A stretch of 62,048 nt of DNA from Pirellulales bacterium (GTDB lineage Bacteria; Planctomycetota; Planctomycetia; Pirellulales; UBA1268): NCBI GenBank assembly GCA_046092585.1, contig JBJTDZ010000141.1, positions 1 through 62,048 on the forward strand, given 5' to 3'. Below, piece by piece: positions 28,309 through 37,634 of this stretch. The position numbers and the translations under genes were made by a program. The notes beneath the pieces are model-generated. The model did no database searches, was not told the DNA's origin, and saw only the letters and a list, made by a program, of their open reading frames with translations. Position 1 is the first letter of the stretch. Every line of letters starts with the position of its first letter.

Positions 28309-29832
28309 ATGACGCACTCGCCCGCCGCCGACGTCTTCGCCGCCGCCTGCGGCCATGCCAGACGTGCCGCGGTGTTGGCGAGCATCGAGGCGGTTCTCGG
28401 CTGGGACGAGCAGACGATGCTGCCGGCCGCCGCGGGGCCGCACCGGGCGGATCAGGCCGCGGAACTGGCCGCAATCGTCCATCGGCACCGCACGGATCCG
28501 GCCCAGGGAGAGCGGCTCGCGGCGCTTGCCGAGGGGCCGCTGGCCGCGCACGGAACGCCCGAGCAGCGGACCACCATTCGGCTCCTGCGCCGCGACCACG
28601 AGAAACAGACGCGGCTGCCGAGCCGGCTCGTCGAGGAGTTGGCCCGCGTGGCCGTCGAGGCCCAGCAGGCCTGGGTGATGGCACGTCGGGATTCTTCGTG
28701 GGGCACGCTCGAGCCCTGGCTCCGGCGCATGATCGACCTCAAGCGGGAGCAGGCCGGCTGCCAGCGTCCCGACCTCGATCGCTACGACGCCCTGCTCGAT
28801 GACTACGAACCGGGGGCCCGCTGGCGGGCGCTCACGGAGCGGTTCGCGCCGCTTCGCGAGGCGGTCGTGTCGCTGATCCGCGCCTGCGGAGACTCGTCCC
28901 ATCGGCCCGACGATTCGCTGTTCACCACAGCCACCTACCCCGTCGAGGCCCAGCAGCGGTTCGTGCGTCGCGTAGCGGAGGCGATCGGCTTCGACTTTGC
29001 CCGGGGGCGGCTCGACACCACCGAGCACCCGTTCTGCTCGTCGCTCGGCCCCGACGACTGTCGGATCACCACCCGGTGGAACGATCGGTCGTTGCCCACG
29101 GCACTCTTCGGTGTTCTGCACGAGGCCGGCCACGGGCTCTACGAGCAGGGCCTGCGCCGCGAGTGGTATGGGCTGCCGCCGGGAGAGGCGGCGTCGCTGG
29201 GCGTTCACGAGTCGCAGTCGCGTCTCTGGGAAAACATGGTGGGGCGGTCGCGGGCGTTCTGGGAGTGGTGCCTGCCGATGGCCCGTGAGGCGTTTCCGGC
29301 GGCACTCGCCGGAAGGAGCGTTGCCGCCGTCCACGAGGCGCTGCTCGTCGTCAGGCCGTCGTTCATCCGGGTGGAGGCGGACGAGGTCACGTACAACCTC
29401 CATGTGATGATGCGGTTCGATCTCGAGAGGGCCCTCGTGCTCGGTGACCTCGACGTGGCCGATCTACCGACAGCGTGGAACACGCGGTTCGCCGACGACT
29501 TCGGCATGCCGCCGCCGGACGACGCCCATGGCGTGCTCCAGGACATCCACTGGAGTGCCGGGCTCGTCGGCTACTTTCCGACCTACACCCTCGGCAATCT
29601 CTACGCCGCGGAACTCATGGAGGCCGCCCGCCGCGAACTCGGCGCTGTCGACGAGGCGTTTGCCAGGGGACGGTTTGGCCCGCTGCTCGACTGGCTCCAC
29701 GCCCGCGTGCACGCCGCGGGCCGCATGCTCGAGTCGGACGCCCTCGTGACACAGGCCACCGGCAGGCCGCCGACGGCCGACTGCCTCGTGCGAAGCCTCC
29801 GCGAGCGGTATGGTGCCGCCTACCGGATTTAG
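28309..29832 (+). CDS. Carboxypeptidase, M32 (Taq-type)
   Basis: HPF, DCRITTR, HEAGH, HESQSR, IRVEADE, GVLQDIHW, GYFPTYTLG. Confidence 0.95.
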   Translation: MTHSPAADVFAAACGHARRAAVLASIEAVLGWDEQTMLPAAAGPHRADQAAELAAIVHRHRTDPAQGERLAALAEGPLAAHGTPEQRTTIRLLRRDHEKQTRLPSRLVEELARVAVEAQQAWVMARRDSSWGTLEPWLRRMIDLKREQAGCQRPDLDRYDALLDDYEPGARWRALTERFAPLREAVVSLIRACGDSSHRPDDSLFTTATYPVEAQQRFVRRVAEAIGFDFARGRLDTTEHPFCSSLGPDDCRITTRWNDRSLPTALFGVLHEAGHGLYEQGLRREWYGLPPGEAASLGVHESQSRLWENMVGRSRAFWEWCLPMAREAFPAALAGRSVAAVHEALLVVRPSFIRVEADEVTYNLHVMMRFDLERALVLGDLDVADLPTAWNTRFADDFGMPPPDDAHGVLQDIHWSAGLVGYFPTYTLGNLYAAELMEAARRELGAVDEAFARGRFGPLLDWLHARVHAAGRMLESDALVTQATGRPPTADCLVRSLRERYGAAYRI

Positions 29833-29860
29833 GATTCCCGCCAAGACCGGCACATTGCCC

Positions 29861-29880
29861 GTTGGTACACGTTGGTACAC
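29861..29880. repeat. 10-bp perfect tandem direct repeat in an intergenic region
   Basis: GTTGGTACAC twice. Confidence 0.8.
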
Positions 29881-29965
29881 TCGGGAGCGCCGGGAGGCGG
29901 GCGGTTGTCGCCCCCTGCGGCGGTGGCCTCATGACCGGGCCACGTCAGGCGACGAGGGAGACACC

Positions 29966-31876
29966 ATGGCCGACGACGACAAGAACTCCGGCGACGCATT
30001 CGACCCGTGGGCCGACCTCGAGTCCGATGCCAGTCCCGCCGCCGACGGCTTTTCATTTTCGTTCGAGGACGCGTCGCTCGATGCCGAGGTGGCGGACGGC
30101 AGCGCGGAGTCCCCGGAGGAAATGACGTCGTCGGATGACGCGCCGCCGGCGGCCGAGCAACCTGCCTTCGCGGAGGGCGGCGACACCGCCGACCTGGGTG
30201 ACGTCGGGGACGTCGGCGACTTTGGCGACTTTGGCGACATGATGGAGGCCGGTGCCTCCATGGACGTGACCGACGCCTTCCCCGGGATGGACGATCTCGC
30301 CAGTCTGGATGCCGGTGAGACGCCGGAGGAGAAGCAGGCCGACGACGCCCTCGCGGCGTCGTGGCTCGACGAACCCGCCGCCGACGCGGGTGGCGAGCGG
30401 GAAATCGACCTGCAGTTTGGCGAGGCGGCGGAAGCGCCGGTCGAAACGACGCTCGGCGTGTTCTCCCCCGACGACACCGACGCGACCGACGAACCGCAGG
30501 ACGCCATCGAGCCCTTTGCCGATAGTGCCGCGGCCGGCGAGCCGTCGGAGATCGAGATCGGCACCGGCACCTCCGCGATTTCGTCGCCGAGCGACATCGA
30601 CGCGATGGAAGGGTTCGCGGGTTTCGGCGAGCCGGGCGACGCACCGTCGCCCGACGACGAGCCAGCCGAGCAGTTTTCCTTCGGAGACATGGCATCCCAG
30701 GCCGGCGAGACGACCGCCGACGAAACGGAGACGATCGCGTTCGCCGCGGCTGCAGCGGGGGCGGCCGTGGCCGTCGCCGGCGGCGACGCGGCGGCGCCAA
30801 CGCCGGCGAAGCGGCCGGGGCGGGCCAAGCCCAAGAAGCAAAGCGGCATCGGCCAGATGCTCGGTGTCGTCCTCGGTGGCGCGATGGCGATCCCGATCAC
30901 GCTCGCCATCCTCATCTGGGGCTTCAAGAAGGATCCGTTCAAGGTCACGAAGCACGTTCCCGAATCGGTCGCATTTCTGCTGCCTGCCCAGTTTCAAAAG
31001 GGCTACGTGAAGCCGCTCGAAGGCGGGCCGGACCTGTCCGATGCCCCCTCGCTCGACGACCTGCCTTCGGCCGACACCGCCGTGGTCGATCCGGCGACGG
31101 AGCCCGCGCCAGCCGACGTCGCCACAGAGGAGCTGGTGGCGGAGGAGCCGCTGGCGCAGGAACCGGCAGACGAGCCCGCGGCCATGGAAGAGCCGGAGGA
31201 GCCGGCGTCAGGTGAGGTCGCGGCCTCGAATGAGCCGATGGAAGAACCCGCGGTTCCCGAATCTCCGCCGGCGCCCCCGGCGGCTCCCGAGCCGCCGCCG
31301 CTCGACACGGCCGCGCTCGACGGCGCCGTCGGCGATGCCTCGACCGCGCTCGATGCCCTGCGAGCAGTCGTCGACCCGGACGATCCGGTCCGCAAGACGC
31401 TGATGATCGACTGGTACAAGCACGTCGCCCGCGTCGCCGAGGAGTTGGCGCTCCTGGAACGCGAGGCCGCCGACACGGCCCGACCGCTGCAGGCCACCCC
31501 CGAGAACGTGGCGGCGCTGCACGCGGCCGTCGTCGCCACCCCGGGCCTGATCGACGATCTCGAGCGGCTCTCCCGCAACTGGCTCGCCTATTCCAAGCGG
31601 CCCAGTGACGGCGTCGTGCTGCCGGCCACCTTCGGCGGCGCGCGGCGTGTGGGACCCTTCTGGCGTTCGCAGGTGACGATCGCGGAGGCCGGTGGAAAGT
31701 CGCGGGAGGTGACCGTGATCTCCCGCACCGAGCCCGCCGTCCTTCCGGGCGACGTGGTGCTCGTCACGGGCCTCGTGCTCGCTGGCGACGTGGTCTGGGG
31801 AGCCGACGTGCGGTCGGCCAGGGCAGACCCTGCCGCGGAGCCGTCCGCCGATCCGTTTGCGACACCCGACCTGTGA
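29966..31876 (+). CDS. Acidic, largely disordered single-pass membrane protein
   Basis: About 270-aa D/E/A/F-rich N-terminus, basic patch, TM (GVVLGGAMAIPITLAILIWG), P/E linker, folded C-terminal domain; GAGGGAG RBS. Confidence 0.8.
   Translation: MADDDKNSGDAFDPWADLESDASPAADGFSFSFEDASLDAEVADGSAESPEEMTSSDDAPPAAEQPAFAEGGDTADLGDVGDVGDFGDFGDMMEAGASMDVTDAFPGMDDLASLDAGETPEEKQADDALAASWLDEPAADAGGEREIDLQFGEAAEAPVETTLGVFSPDDTDATDEPQDAIEPFADSAAAGEPSEIEIGTGTSAISSPSDIDAMEGFAGFGEPGDAPSPDDEPAEQFSFGDMASQAGETTADETETIAFAAAAAGAAVAVAGGDAAAPTPAKRPGRAKPKKQSGIGQMLGVVLGGAMAIPITLAILIWGFKKDPFKVTKHVPESVAFLLPAQFQKGYVKPLEGGPDLSDAPSLDDLPSADTAVVDPATEPAPADVATEELVAEEPLAQEPADEPAAMEEPEEPASGEVAASNEPMEEPAVPESPPAPPAAPEPPPLDTAALDGAVGDASTALDALRAVVDPDDPVRKTLMIDWYKHVARVAEELALLEREAADTARPLQATPENVAALHAAVVATPGLIDDLERLSRNWLAYSKRPSDGVVLPATFGGARRVGPFWRSQVTIAEAGGKSREVTVISRTEPAVLPGDVVLVTGLVLAGDVVWGADVRSARADPAAEPSADPFATPDL
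30191..30235 (+). repeat. Imperfect 9-bp in-frame tandem repeat x5 (DLG DVG DVG DFG DFG)
   Basis: GACCTGGGT GACGTCGGG GACGTCGGC GACTTTGGC GACTTTGGC. Confidence 0.75.
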
Positions 31877-33363
31877 GCGTCGATGGCGCTGTCGGCGACG
31901 CGGGGGCGACGGTCACGGTCGCCGCCATCGCGGCCGACGTGATAGCCGGCCGCATCACCGCAACCGCCGCGGTCGAGGAGTGCCGCCGCCGCCACGAGAA
32001 GACGGGCGCGAGCCTCAACGCGCTCGTGCAGCCACGGTTCGACGAAGCCCTCGATGAGGCGGCTGCGGTCGATGCGGCCGCCTCGCCCACCACGGCCCTG
32101 CCACTCACCGGCGTGCCGGTGAGCGTCAAGGAATGCTTTGCCGTGCGTGGCCTGGCAACCACGCTGGGAATCCCGGCACGACGCGGTGCACACGACACCG
32201 CCGATGCCGAACTCGTCGGCAGGCTTCGGCAGGCCGGGGCGATCGTCATCGGCAAGGCCAACGTGCCGCAGGCGATGTACCTTCACGAGACCGACAATCC
32301 CGTCTGGGGGCGCACGCTCCATCCGCTCGCGTCGGATCGCGGGCCGGGGGGGTCGAGCGGCGGTGACGCGGCCCTCGTGGCCGCGGGTGTGGTGCCGCTG
32401 GCGGTCGGCAACGACCTGGCCGGCAGCCTGCGGCAGCCGGCGCATGCCTGCGGCATCGTCGCGGTCATGCCGCGGACCGCGATGCTCGGTGAGGGCGGGG
32501 CGTTCGACACCATGCCGCACCTTCGCGGCGTGCGGCCCCGGGCGGGATTTCTCGGGAGGACGGTGGCCGACGTCACGGCCGGGCTGTCGGCTGTCGGCGT
32601 GCCCGCCGCCGATCGACGGGTCGGATGCGTCGGCTGGTGGGACGACGCCGGTCCGGTCGGCGCCTCGCCCGCGATCCGGCGCGGCGTGCGGGAGGCCGTG
32701 ACGCGACTGGAGCGGGCGGGCGTGCGGACGCTGCGGCTCGACGGCCGGATCGCCACCGAGGCGGCGTGGCTGCTGCTGGCGATCGCGGCTGCCGATGGCG
32801 GCGCCGACGTGAGCCGGCTCTTCGCCGGCACGCGGCCGATGCCGGGGGTACGGCGGCTCCTGGCGATCGCGGGCCTGCCGCGACGCTGGCGGCCGATCGT
32901 GGCGGCCGTGGCTCGTCTGACCGGCCATCGCATCGAGTCCGAGGGCATCCTTCGCACCGGCCCGAGGACGGCCGCCGACCTGGAAGGGATTCTTGCCGAG
33001 CGGGAGGCCGTGGCGGCGCGATTCGCGGCGCTGGCCGCCGACTGCGACGCGATCGTCTGCCCCGTCTCGGCGCTGCCGGCCCTGCGGCACGGGTCCGCCG
33101 CACGGCTCGTGCTCGCCGCCGCACCCTGCCTGCTTGCCAACCTCCTCGACCTCCCGGCGGGGGCCGTGCCGGTCACGCACGTGCGATCCGGCGAGGAGCG
33201 GTCGCGGCCCTGGCGGATCGACCCCGTGCTCCGGGCCGCCCGCGAGGCGGATCGCGACAGCCGCGGCCTGCCGGTTGGAGTGCAGGTGGTCGGCGGTCCC
33301 GGACGCGACGAGGCGAGCGTGCTCGCCGTCATGCGGCTGATCGCCGCCGCCGATTCGCCCTGA
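31873..33363 (+). CDS. Amidase signature family enzyme
   Basis: GVPVSVKE, GKANVP, PGGSSGG, GNDLAGSLRQPA, GLPVGVQVVG. Confidence 0.93.
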   Translation: MSVDGAVGDAGATVTVAAIAADVIAGRITATAAVEECRRRHEKTGASLNALVQPRFDEALDEAAAVDAAASPTTALPLTGVPVSVKECFAVRGLATTLGIPARRGAHDTADAELVGRLRQAGAIVIGKANVPQAMYLHETDNPVWGRTLHPLASDRGPGGSSGGDAALVAAGVVPLAVGNDLAGSLRQPAHACGIVAVMPRTAMLGEGGAFDTMPHLRGVRPRAGFLGRTVADVTAGLSAVGVPAADRRVGCVGWWDDAGPVGASPAIRRGVREAVTRLERAGVRTLRLDGRIATEAAWLLLAIAAADGGADVSRLFAGTRPMPGVRRLLAIAGLPRRWRPIVAAVARLTGHRIESEGILRTGPRTAADLEGILAEREAVAARFAALAADCDAIVCPVSALPALRHGSAARLVLAAAPCLLANLLDLPAGAVPVTHVRSGEERSRPWRIDPVLRAAREADRDSRGLPVGVQVVGGPGRDEASVLAVMRLIAAADSP

Positions 33364-33391
33364 GGGGGCGGCGGCCCGGCGCGACCAGCCG

Positions 33392-34396
33392 TCAGTCCGC
33401 GAGCCGTGCGGTGACGACTCGGGCCATCGCCTCGATGCCGAGCACCTCGCAGGCGGCACCCGCGTCGATGGCCGCCTTCGGCATGCTGAACACCACGCTC
33501 GACGCCTGATCCTGCGCGATCGTGTGCCAGCCGCGGGAGCGGAGGGCGAGCAATCCGTTCGCGCCGTCGCGGCCCATGCCCGTGAGCAGGGCGGCGGTGC
33601 CGGCCCGGGGCCAGTGTTCGGCCACGCTCTGGAAGAAGACGTCGACGCTGGGGCGGAAGAAGATCTCCCGCGGCTCCGCCCGGTATTCGAGGGTGCCGGA
33701 GCGGGTGAGCACGAGGTGGTCGTTGGTGCCCGCGACGAGCACGTCGCCCGCCACCGGTTGCTGGCCGTGCTCCGCCACCCGGACCTGGCGGCCGGTGCGA
33801 TCGCCGAGCCACTTCGCCAGCCCGGGGGCGAAGGCGACGTCGACGTGCTGCACCACGACCACCGCCACGTTCCAGTCGTGCGGCAGCGGAAAGAGCAGGT
33901 CGGAGACTGCCTTGGGGCCGCCCGTCGACGCGCCCACCACCAGCAGCCGCGGTGGGCTGGCCGGCGCGGCCCGCCGCGTGCTCCGCCGCGGGTCGGCCGT
34001 CGCGCCGACGAGCTTGGCGATGGTCCCGATCTTTTCGACAAGGGCCCCTGCGCCGCTCACCTCGCCGGAGGGGCCGAGCATCGGCGTGTCGACCGCATCG
34101 AGGGCTCCGTAGCCCATCGCGTCGTAGACGAGCGAGATGTTGCCGCTCACGGTGGCGGTGACGACCAGGATCGCGCACGGCGCCGTGGCCATGATCTGCC
34201 GCGTGGCCTGGGCGCCGTCCATGTGCGGCATCAGCAGGTCCATCAGGATCAGGTCAGGACGGTCGCGGCGTGCCAGCGCGATCGCCTCGACGCCGTCGCC
34301 GGCCGTCCAGGCGACCTCGTGGTCCGGCAGGCTGTCGACCACGCGGCGGAGCGCCTCGCAGGCGGCCTTCATGTCGTTGACGATCGCGATCCGCAT
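33392..34396 (-). CDS. cheB: Chemotaxis methylesterase CheB, WspF-like
   Basis: MRIAIVND receiver domain; GASTGGP, VQH, RPSVD, LTGMGRDG. Confidence 0.95.
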   Translation of the reverse strand: MRIAIVNDMKAACEALRRVVDSLPDHEVAWTAGDGVEAIALARRDRPDLILMDLLMPHMDGAQATRQIMATAPCAILVVTATVSGNISLVYDAMGYGALDAVDTPMLGPSGEVSGAGALVEKIGTIAKLVGATADPRRSTRRAAPASPPRLLVVGASTGGPKAVSDLLFPLPHDWNVAVVVVQHVDVAFAPGLAKWLGDRTGRQVRVAEHGQQPVAGDVLVAGTNDHLVLTRSGTLEYRAEPREIFFRPSVDVFFQSVAEHWPRAGTAALLTGMGRDGANGLLALRSRGWHTIAQDQASSVVFSMPKAAIDAGAACEVLGIEAMARVVTARLAD

Positions 34397-34565
34397 TGCC
34401 GCTCCAGCCTGGTCTGCATCCGAGACAGATGAATCCCCGGCTCGGGGGCGGCAAAAGTCTCGTCGCCGGGGCGAGGATACGCCCAAGGCTCCTCGAGCGT
34501 TCGCCGACCCCCTCGCCTCCGGTGTTCACATGGTTCCATCGACGCGCAGGCACCGCCCGGTGGAT

Positions 34566-36881
34566 TCAGGCCGTCGCCTCACCGATCAGGTCGATGATCG
34601 TATCGACGAACGTCTCGTCGTGGAAACTGCTTTTCGTGAGATAGCGGTTGGCGCCGGCATCGAGGCCCCGCAGCCGGTCTTCCTCGCGATCCTTGTAGGA
34701 GACGATCACGACCGGGATGTCCCGGCGGGCGGGGTCGGCCTTGATGAGCGACACCAGGCCGATGCCGTCCATCCGCGGCATGTCGACGTCGGTGACGACG
34801 AGGTCGTAGTGGGTGCCGCGGATGGTGTTCCAGCCGTCCATGCCGTCGACCGCCACGTCGACGGCGAAGCCCCGGGCCTGGAGCAGCTGCCGTTCCAGCT
34901 CCCGCACCGTGATCGAGTCGTCGACGACGAGGATCCGCTTCCGCCGGCGGGCCTGTTCGGTCATCCGCTCGAACTCGACCCGCGACAGCCGGCGTCCGGC
35001 GAGCACGTTGTCGATGGATCGGACGAGATCCTCCACGTCGACGATCAGCACCGGGTCGCCGTTCTCCAGGAGCGACACGCTATTGATGTCGGGCACCTTG
35101 CCGAGACGCGGGTCGAGCGGCCGCACCTCGAGGTCGCGCTCCCCGAGAAACGAATCGACGATCATGCCGAACTGCTGGCCGCGGTCGCTGATCACCACCA
35201 CCGGCATCGGGTCGGCCGGCGGTGCCGCGGTCGCCTCGAGCACCTGCGCGGCGAGCACCAGGCCGATCGACACGCCGTCGCGGTCGAAGTACTGCCGCCC
35301 CTCCACGGTCCGCACGTCGGCCGCGGCGCAGAACAGGATCTGGTCGATGCGGGTGAGCGGGAAGGCGTAGGGCTCGCCTCCGATCTCGACGATCAGCGCC
35401 CGGATCACCGACATCGTGATCGGCAGCTGGAGCGTGAACATGGTCTGGCGGCCCGGCTGCGTGGCGATCCGCACGCTCCCGCCGACGCTCTTCACCATGC
35501 TTTGCACCACGTCGAGTCCGACGCCGCGGCCGGAGATCTCCGTCACCTGGTCGCGGGTGGAGAAGCCCGGCAGGAAGAGAAACTCGAGCAACTCGAGCTC
35601 CGTGAGCTGGTCGGCCACCTGGCGGGCCACGAGGCCGCGGGCCACTGCCTTCGCCCGAAGGTGCTCCACCTCGATGCCGCGGCCGTCGTCGCTGAGCGTG
35701 ATCTGCAGCATCCCGGCCCGGTGCCTCGCCTCGAGGCGGATCGTGCCGGTGGCGGGCTTGCCCGCCGCCTCGCGGTCGGCCGGCCGCTCGAGGCCGTGGT
35801 CGAGCGCGTTGCGGATCAGGTGGCTGAGCGGGGCCTCGAGCTTGTCGAGGATGTCGCGGTCGACGCCCGTCTGCTCGCCGCGAACCTCGAACCGCACCTG
35901 CTTGCCCATCTGGCGGGCGAGGTCGCGGACGAGCCGGGGGAAGCCGCGGATGCCATCGGCCAGCGGCCGCATGCGGCTCACGATGACCTCGTGGTGGAGG
36001 CGGTTGGAGAGATCCTCGTTGCGGCGGGCGAAGCTCTCGAAATCCTCGACGTGGCGAGTGAGGGCGGCGAGGGCGCTGTCGGCCCGTTCGCGGATCGTGG
36101 TGAGCATGGCGGCCGCCGTGGCGGATCCCGTGGCATCGCCCCCCTTGAACCGTTCATCGAGGGCGGCAATCGCGTCGCAGAGGTCGACCTCCGCGGCCCG
36201 CAAGAGCAGCAGCGATTCCACGAACGGCCGCAGCTGCCGGGTCTCCACGAGCGACTCGCCGGCCAGGCCCACCAGCCGCGTGAGGCTGTCGGCCGAGACC
36301 CGCACGACCCGGTCTGACTGCTCGGCCGTCCGGGCCGCCGCCGAGGGCTCCACGGCAGGGGCGGGCTCCGCGGGGGCCGGCTCCGTCGCGGTCGCCGTCG
36401 GAGCGGGTGCGGGAGCCGCGGCCGCAGGCGTCGCGCCGCCCGCCGCCGCGGGGAGCGCGTCGGATGTCGTGGACGACGTCTGGTCGGCGAGCATGCCCGC
36501 CAGATCGGCCACGAGCCGCTCGGCCTGCCCGGGCCAGGCGGCGTGTGGCTCGAGCGCGTCGTCGGCCCTGGCGATCGCCGCCAGGAAGTCGACGCCCGCG
36601 AGCAGCCGGTCGGCATGACGCGGCTCCACGCGGAAAGCCCCCCTGCCCGCCGCCACGAACACGTCCTCGAGCGCGTGGGCGACGCGCACCGCCGGATCGA
36701 GTCCGACGATCCGCGCGGCCCCCTTGAGCGAATGCGCCGCCCGCATCATCGCCTCGACCGTGCGGGGCGAACGCTGCAACTCCTCGATGGCCAGCACCCC
36801 GGCCGAGAGCACGGCCGTCTGGCTCTCCGCCTCGAGGCGGAACAGTTCCAGCATCGAAAATCCGCTCAGGTCGTCAGCCAT
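34566..36881 (-). CDS. cheA: Hybrid CheA-receiver kinase, WspE-like
   Basis: Hpt MRAAHSLKGAA, HLIRNALDHG, FLPGFST..SGRGVGLDVV, CheW domain, C-terminal receiver (VVDDS, DVDMPRMDG). Confidence 0.95.
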   Translation of the reverse strand: MADDLSGFSMLELFRLEAESQTAVLSAGVLAIEELQRSPRTVEAMMRAAHSLKGAARIVGLDPAVRVAHALEDVFVAAGRGAFRVEPRHADRLLAGVDFLAAIARADDALEPHAAWPGQAERLVADLAGMLADQTSSTTSDALPAAAGGATPAAAAPAPAPTATATEPAPAEPAPAVEPSAAARTAEQSDRVVRVSADSLTRLVGLAGESLVETRQLRPFVESLLLLRAAEVDLCDAIAALDERFKGGDATGSATAAAMLTTIRERADSALAALTRHVEDFESFARRNEDLSNRLHHEVIVSRMRPLADGIRGFPRLVRDLARQMGKQVRFEVRGEQTGVDRDILDKLEAPLSHLIRNALDHGLERPADREAAGKPATGTIRLEARHRAGMLQITLSDDGRGIEVEHLRAKAVARGLVARQVADQLTELELLEFLFLPGFSTRDQVTEISGRGVGLDVVQSMVKSVGGSVRIATQPGRQTMFTLQLPITMSVIRALIVEIGGEPYAFPLTRIDQILFCAAADVRTVEGRQYFDRDGVSIGLVLAAQVLEATAAPPADPMPVVVISDRGQQFGMIVDSFLGERDLEVRPLDPRLGKVPDINSVSLLENGDPVLIVDVEDLVRSIDNVLAGRRLSRVEFERMTEQARRRKRILVVDDSITVRELERQLLQARGFAVDVAVDGMDGWNTIRGTHYDLVVTDVDMPRMDGIGLVSLIKADPARRDIPVVIVSYKDREEDRLRGLDAGANRYLTKSSFHDETFVDTIIDLIGEATA

Positions 36882-36896
36882 GGCCGCCGCCTCCGT

Positions 36897-37634
36897 TCAT
36901 GGCGACACCGCGTCGCGCAGGGCGTCGAAGAGCCGCCCCTCGTCGAGCAGGGCGACGGTGCGATCCTGCCACGCGAAGAGGGCCGAGCAGCAGCGGGCCG
37001 CCGCCTGGCTCACGGTGGACGGCACGGGCCGCAGGTCGGCGCTGCCGACGCGGTGGACGCCCGCGAGTTCGTCGATGCCGAGCACCCAGCGGTCGGTCCC
37101 GCGGTCGGTCGTCCGTTCCACCACCATGAGCCGTCGTGTGGTCGCCTCCACGTGGGACGCGTCTCCGTCCACCAGCCCACCGGGGCCGGGGGAAGGGCTG
37201 CCGTCGAGGCCGAGGATCGCGTGCAGCGAGACGCACGGCTGCAGTTGTCCGCGGATGTTGACGAGGCCCGCCAGTGCGCCGCCGGCCCGATGAGGCACGC
37301 TGTGGAGCCGCCGCTCGACCGTGACCTCCACCAGCACCGCCGTGGGCAGGGCGAGCCACTCGCCGTCGATGCGAAACACGAGCACGCCCGTGTCGGCGGT
37401 CTCGGTCGATTCCGCCGGCTCCTCGAGAATCGCCCGCCACGACTCCAGGTAGCCCGCGGGCGCTTCCCGGTCGAAGAACGATCGGGCGGCCTCGGCGAGC
37501 ACCGGACAGTTGCGGCAATGGATGAACGACTGCAGCTCGGGGCAGCTGCGGTCGCCCGCCACGCCGACGATCCGCCAGCATTCGGGCATCGGCTGCTCCA
37601 CCCGCAGGGGCTCGTCATGACGGTGGTCGATCAT
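36897..37634 (-). CDS. cheW: CheW-like adaptor, WspD-like
   Basis: WspD-type N-terminus CW..VGV.GD.SCPEL...HCRNCPV followed by a CheW domain. Confidence 0.92.
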   Translation of the reverse strand: MIDHRHDEPLRVEQPMPECWRIVGVAGDRSCPELQSFIHCRNCPVLAEAARSFFDREAPAGYLESWRAILEEPAESTETADTGVLVFRIDGEWLALPTAVLVEVTVERRLHSVPHRAGGALAGLVNIRGQLQPCVSLHAILGLDGSPSPGPGGLVDGDASHVEATTRRLMVVERTTDRGTDRWVLGIDELAGVHRVGSADLRPVPSTVSQAAARCCSALFAWQDRTVALLDEGRLFDALRDAVSP

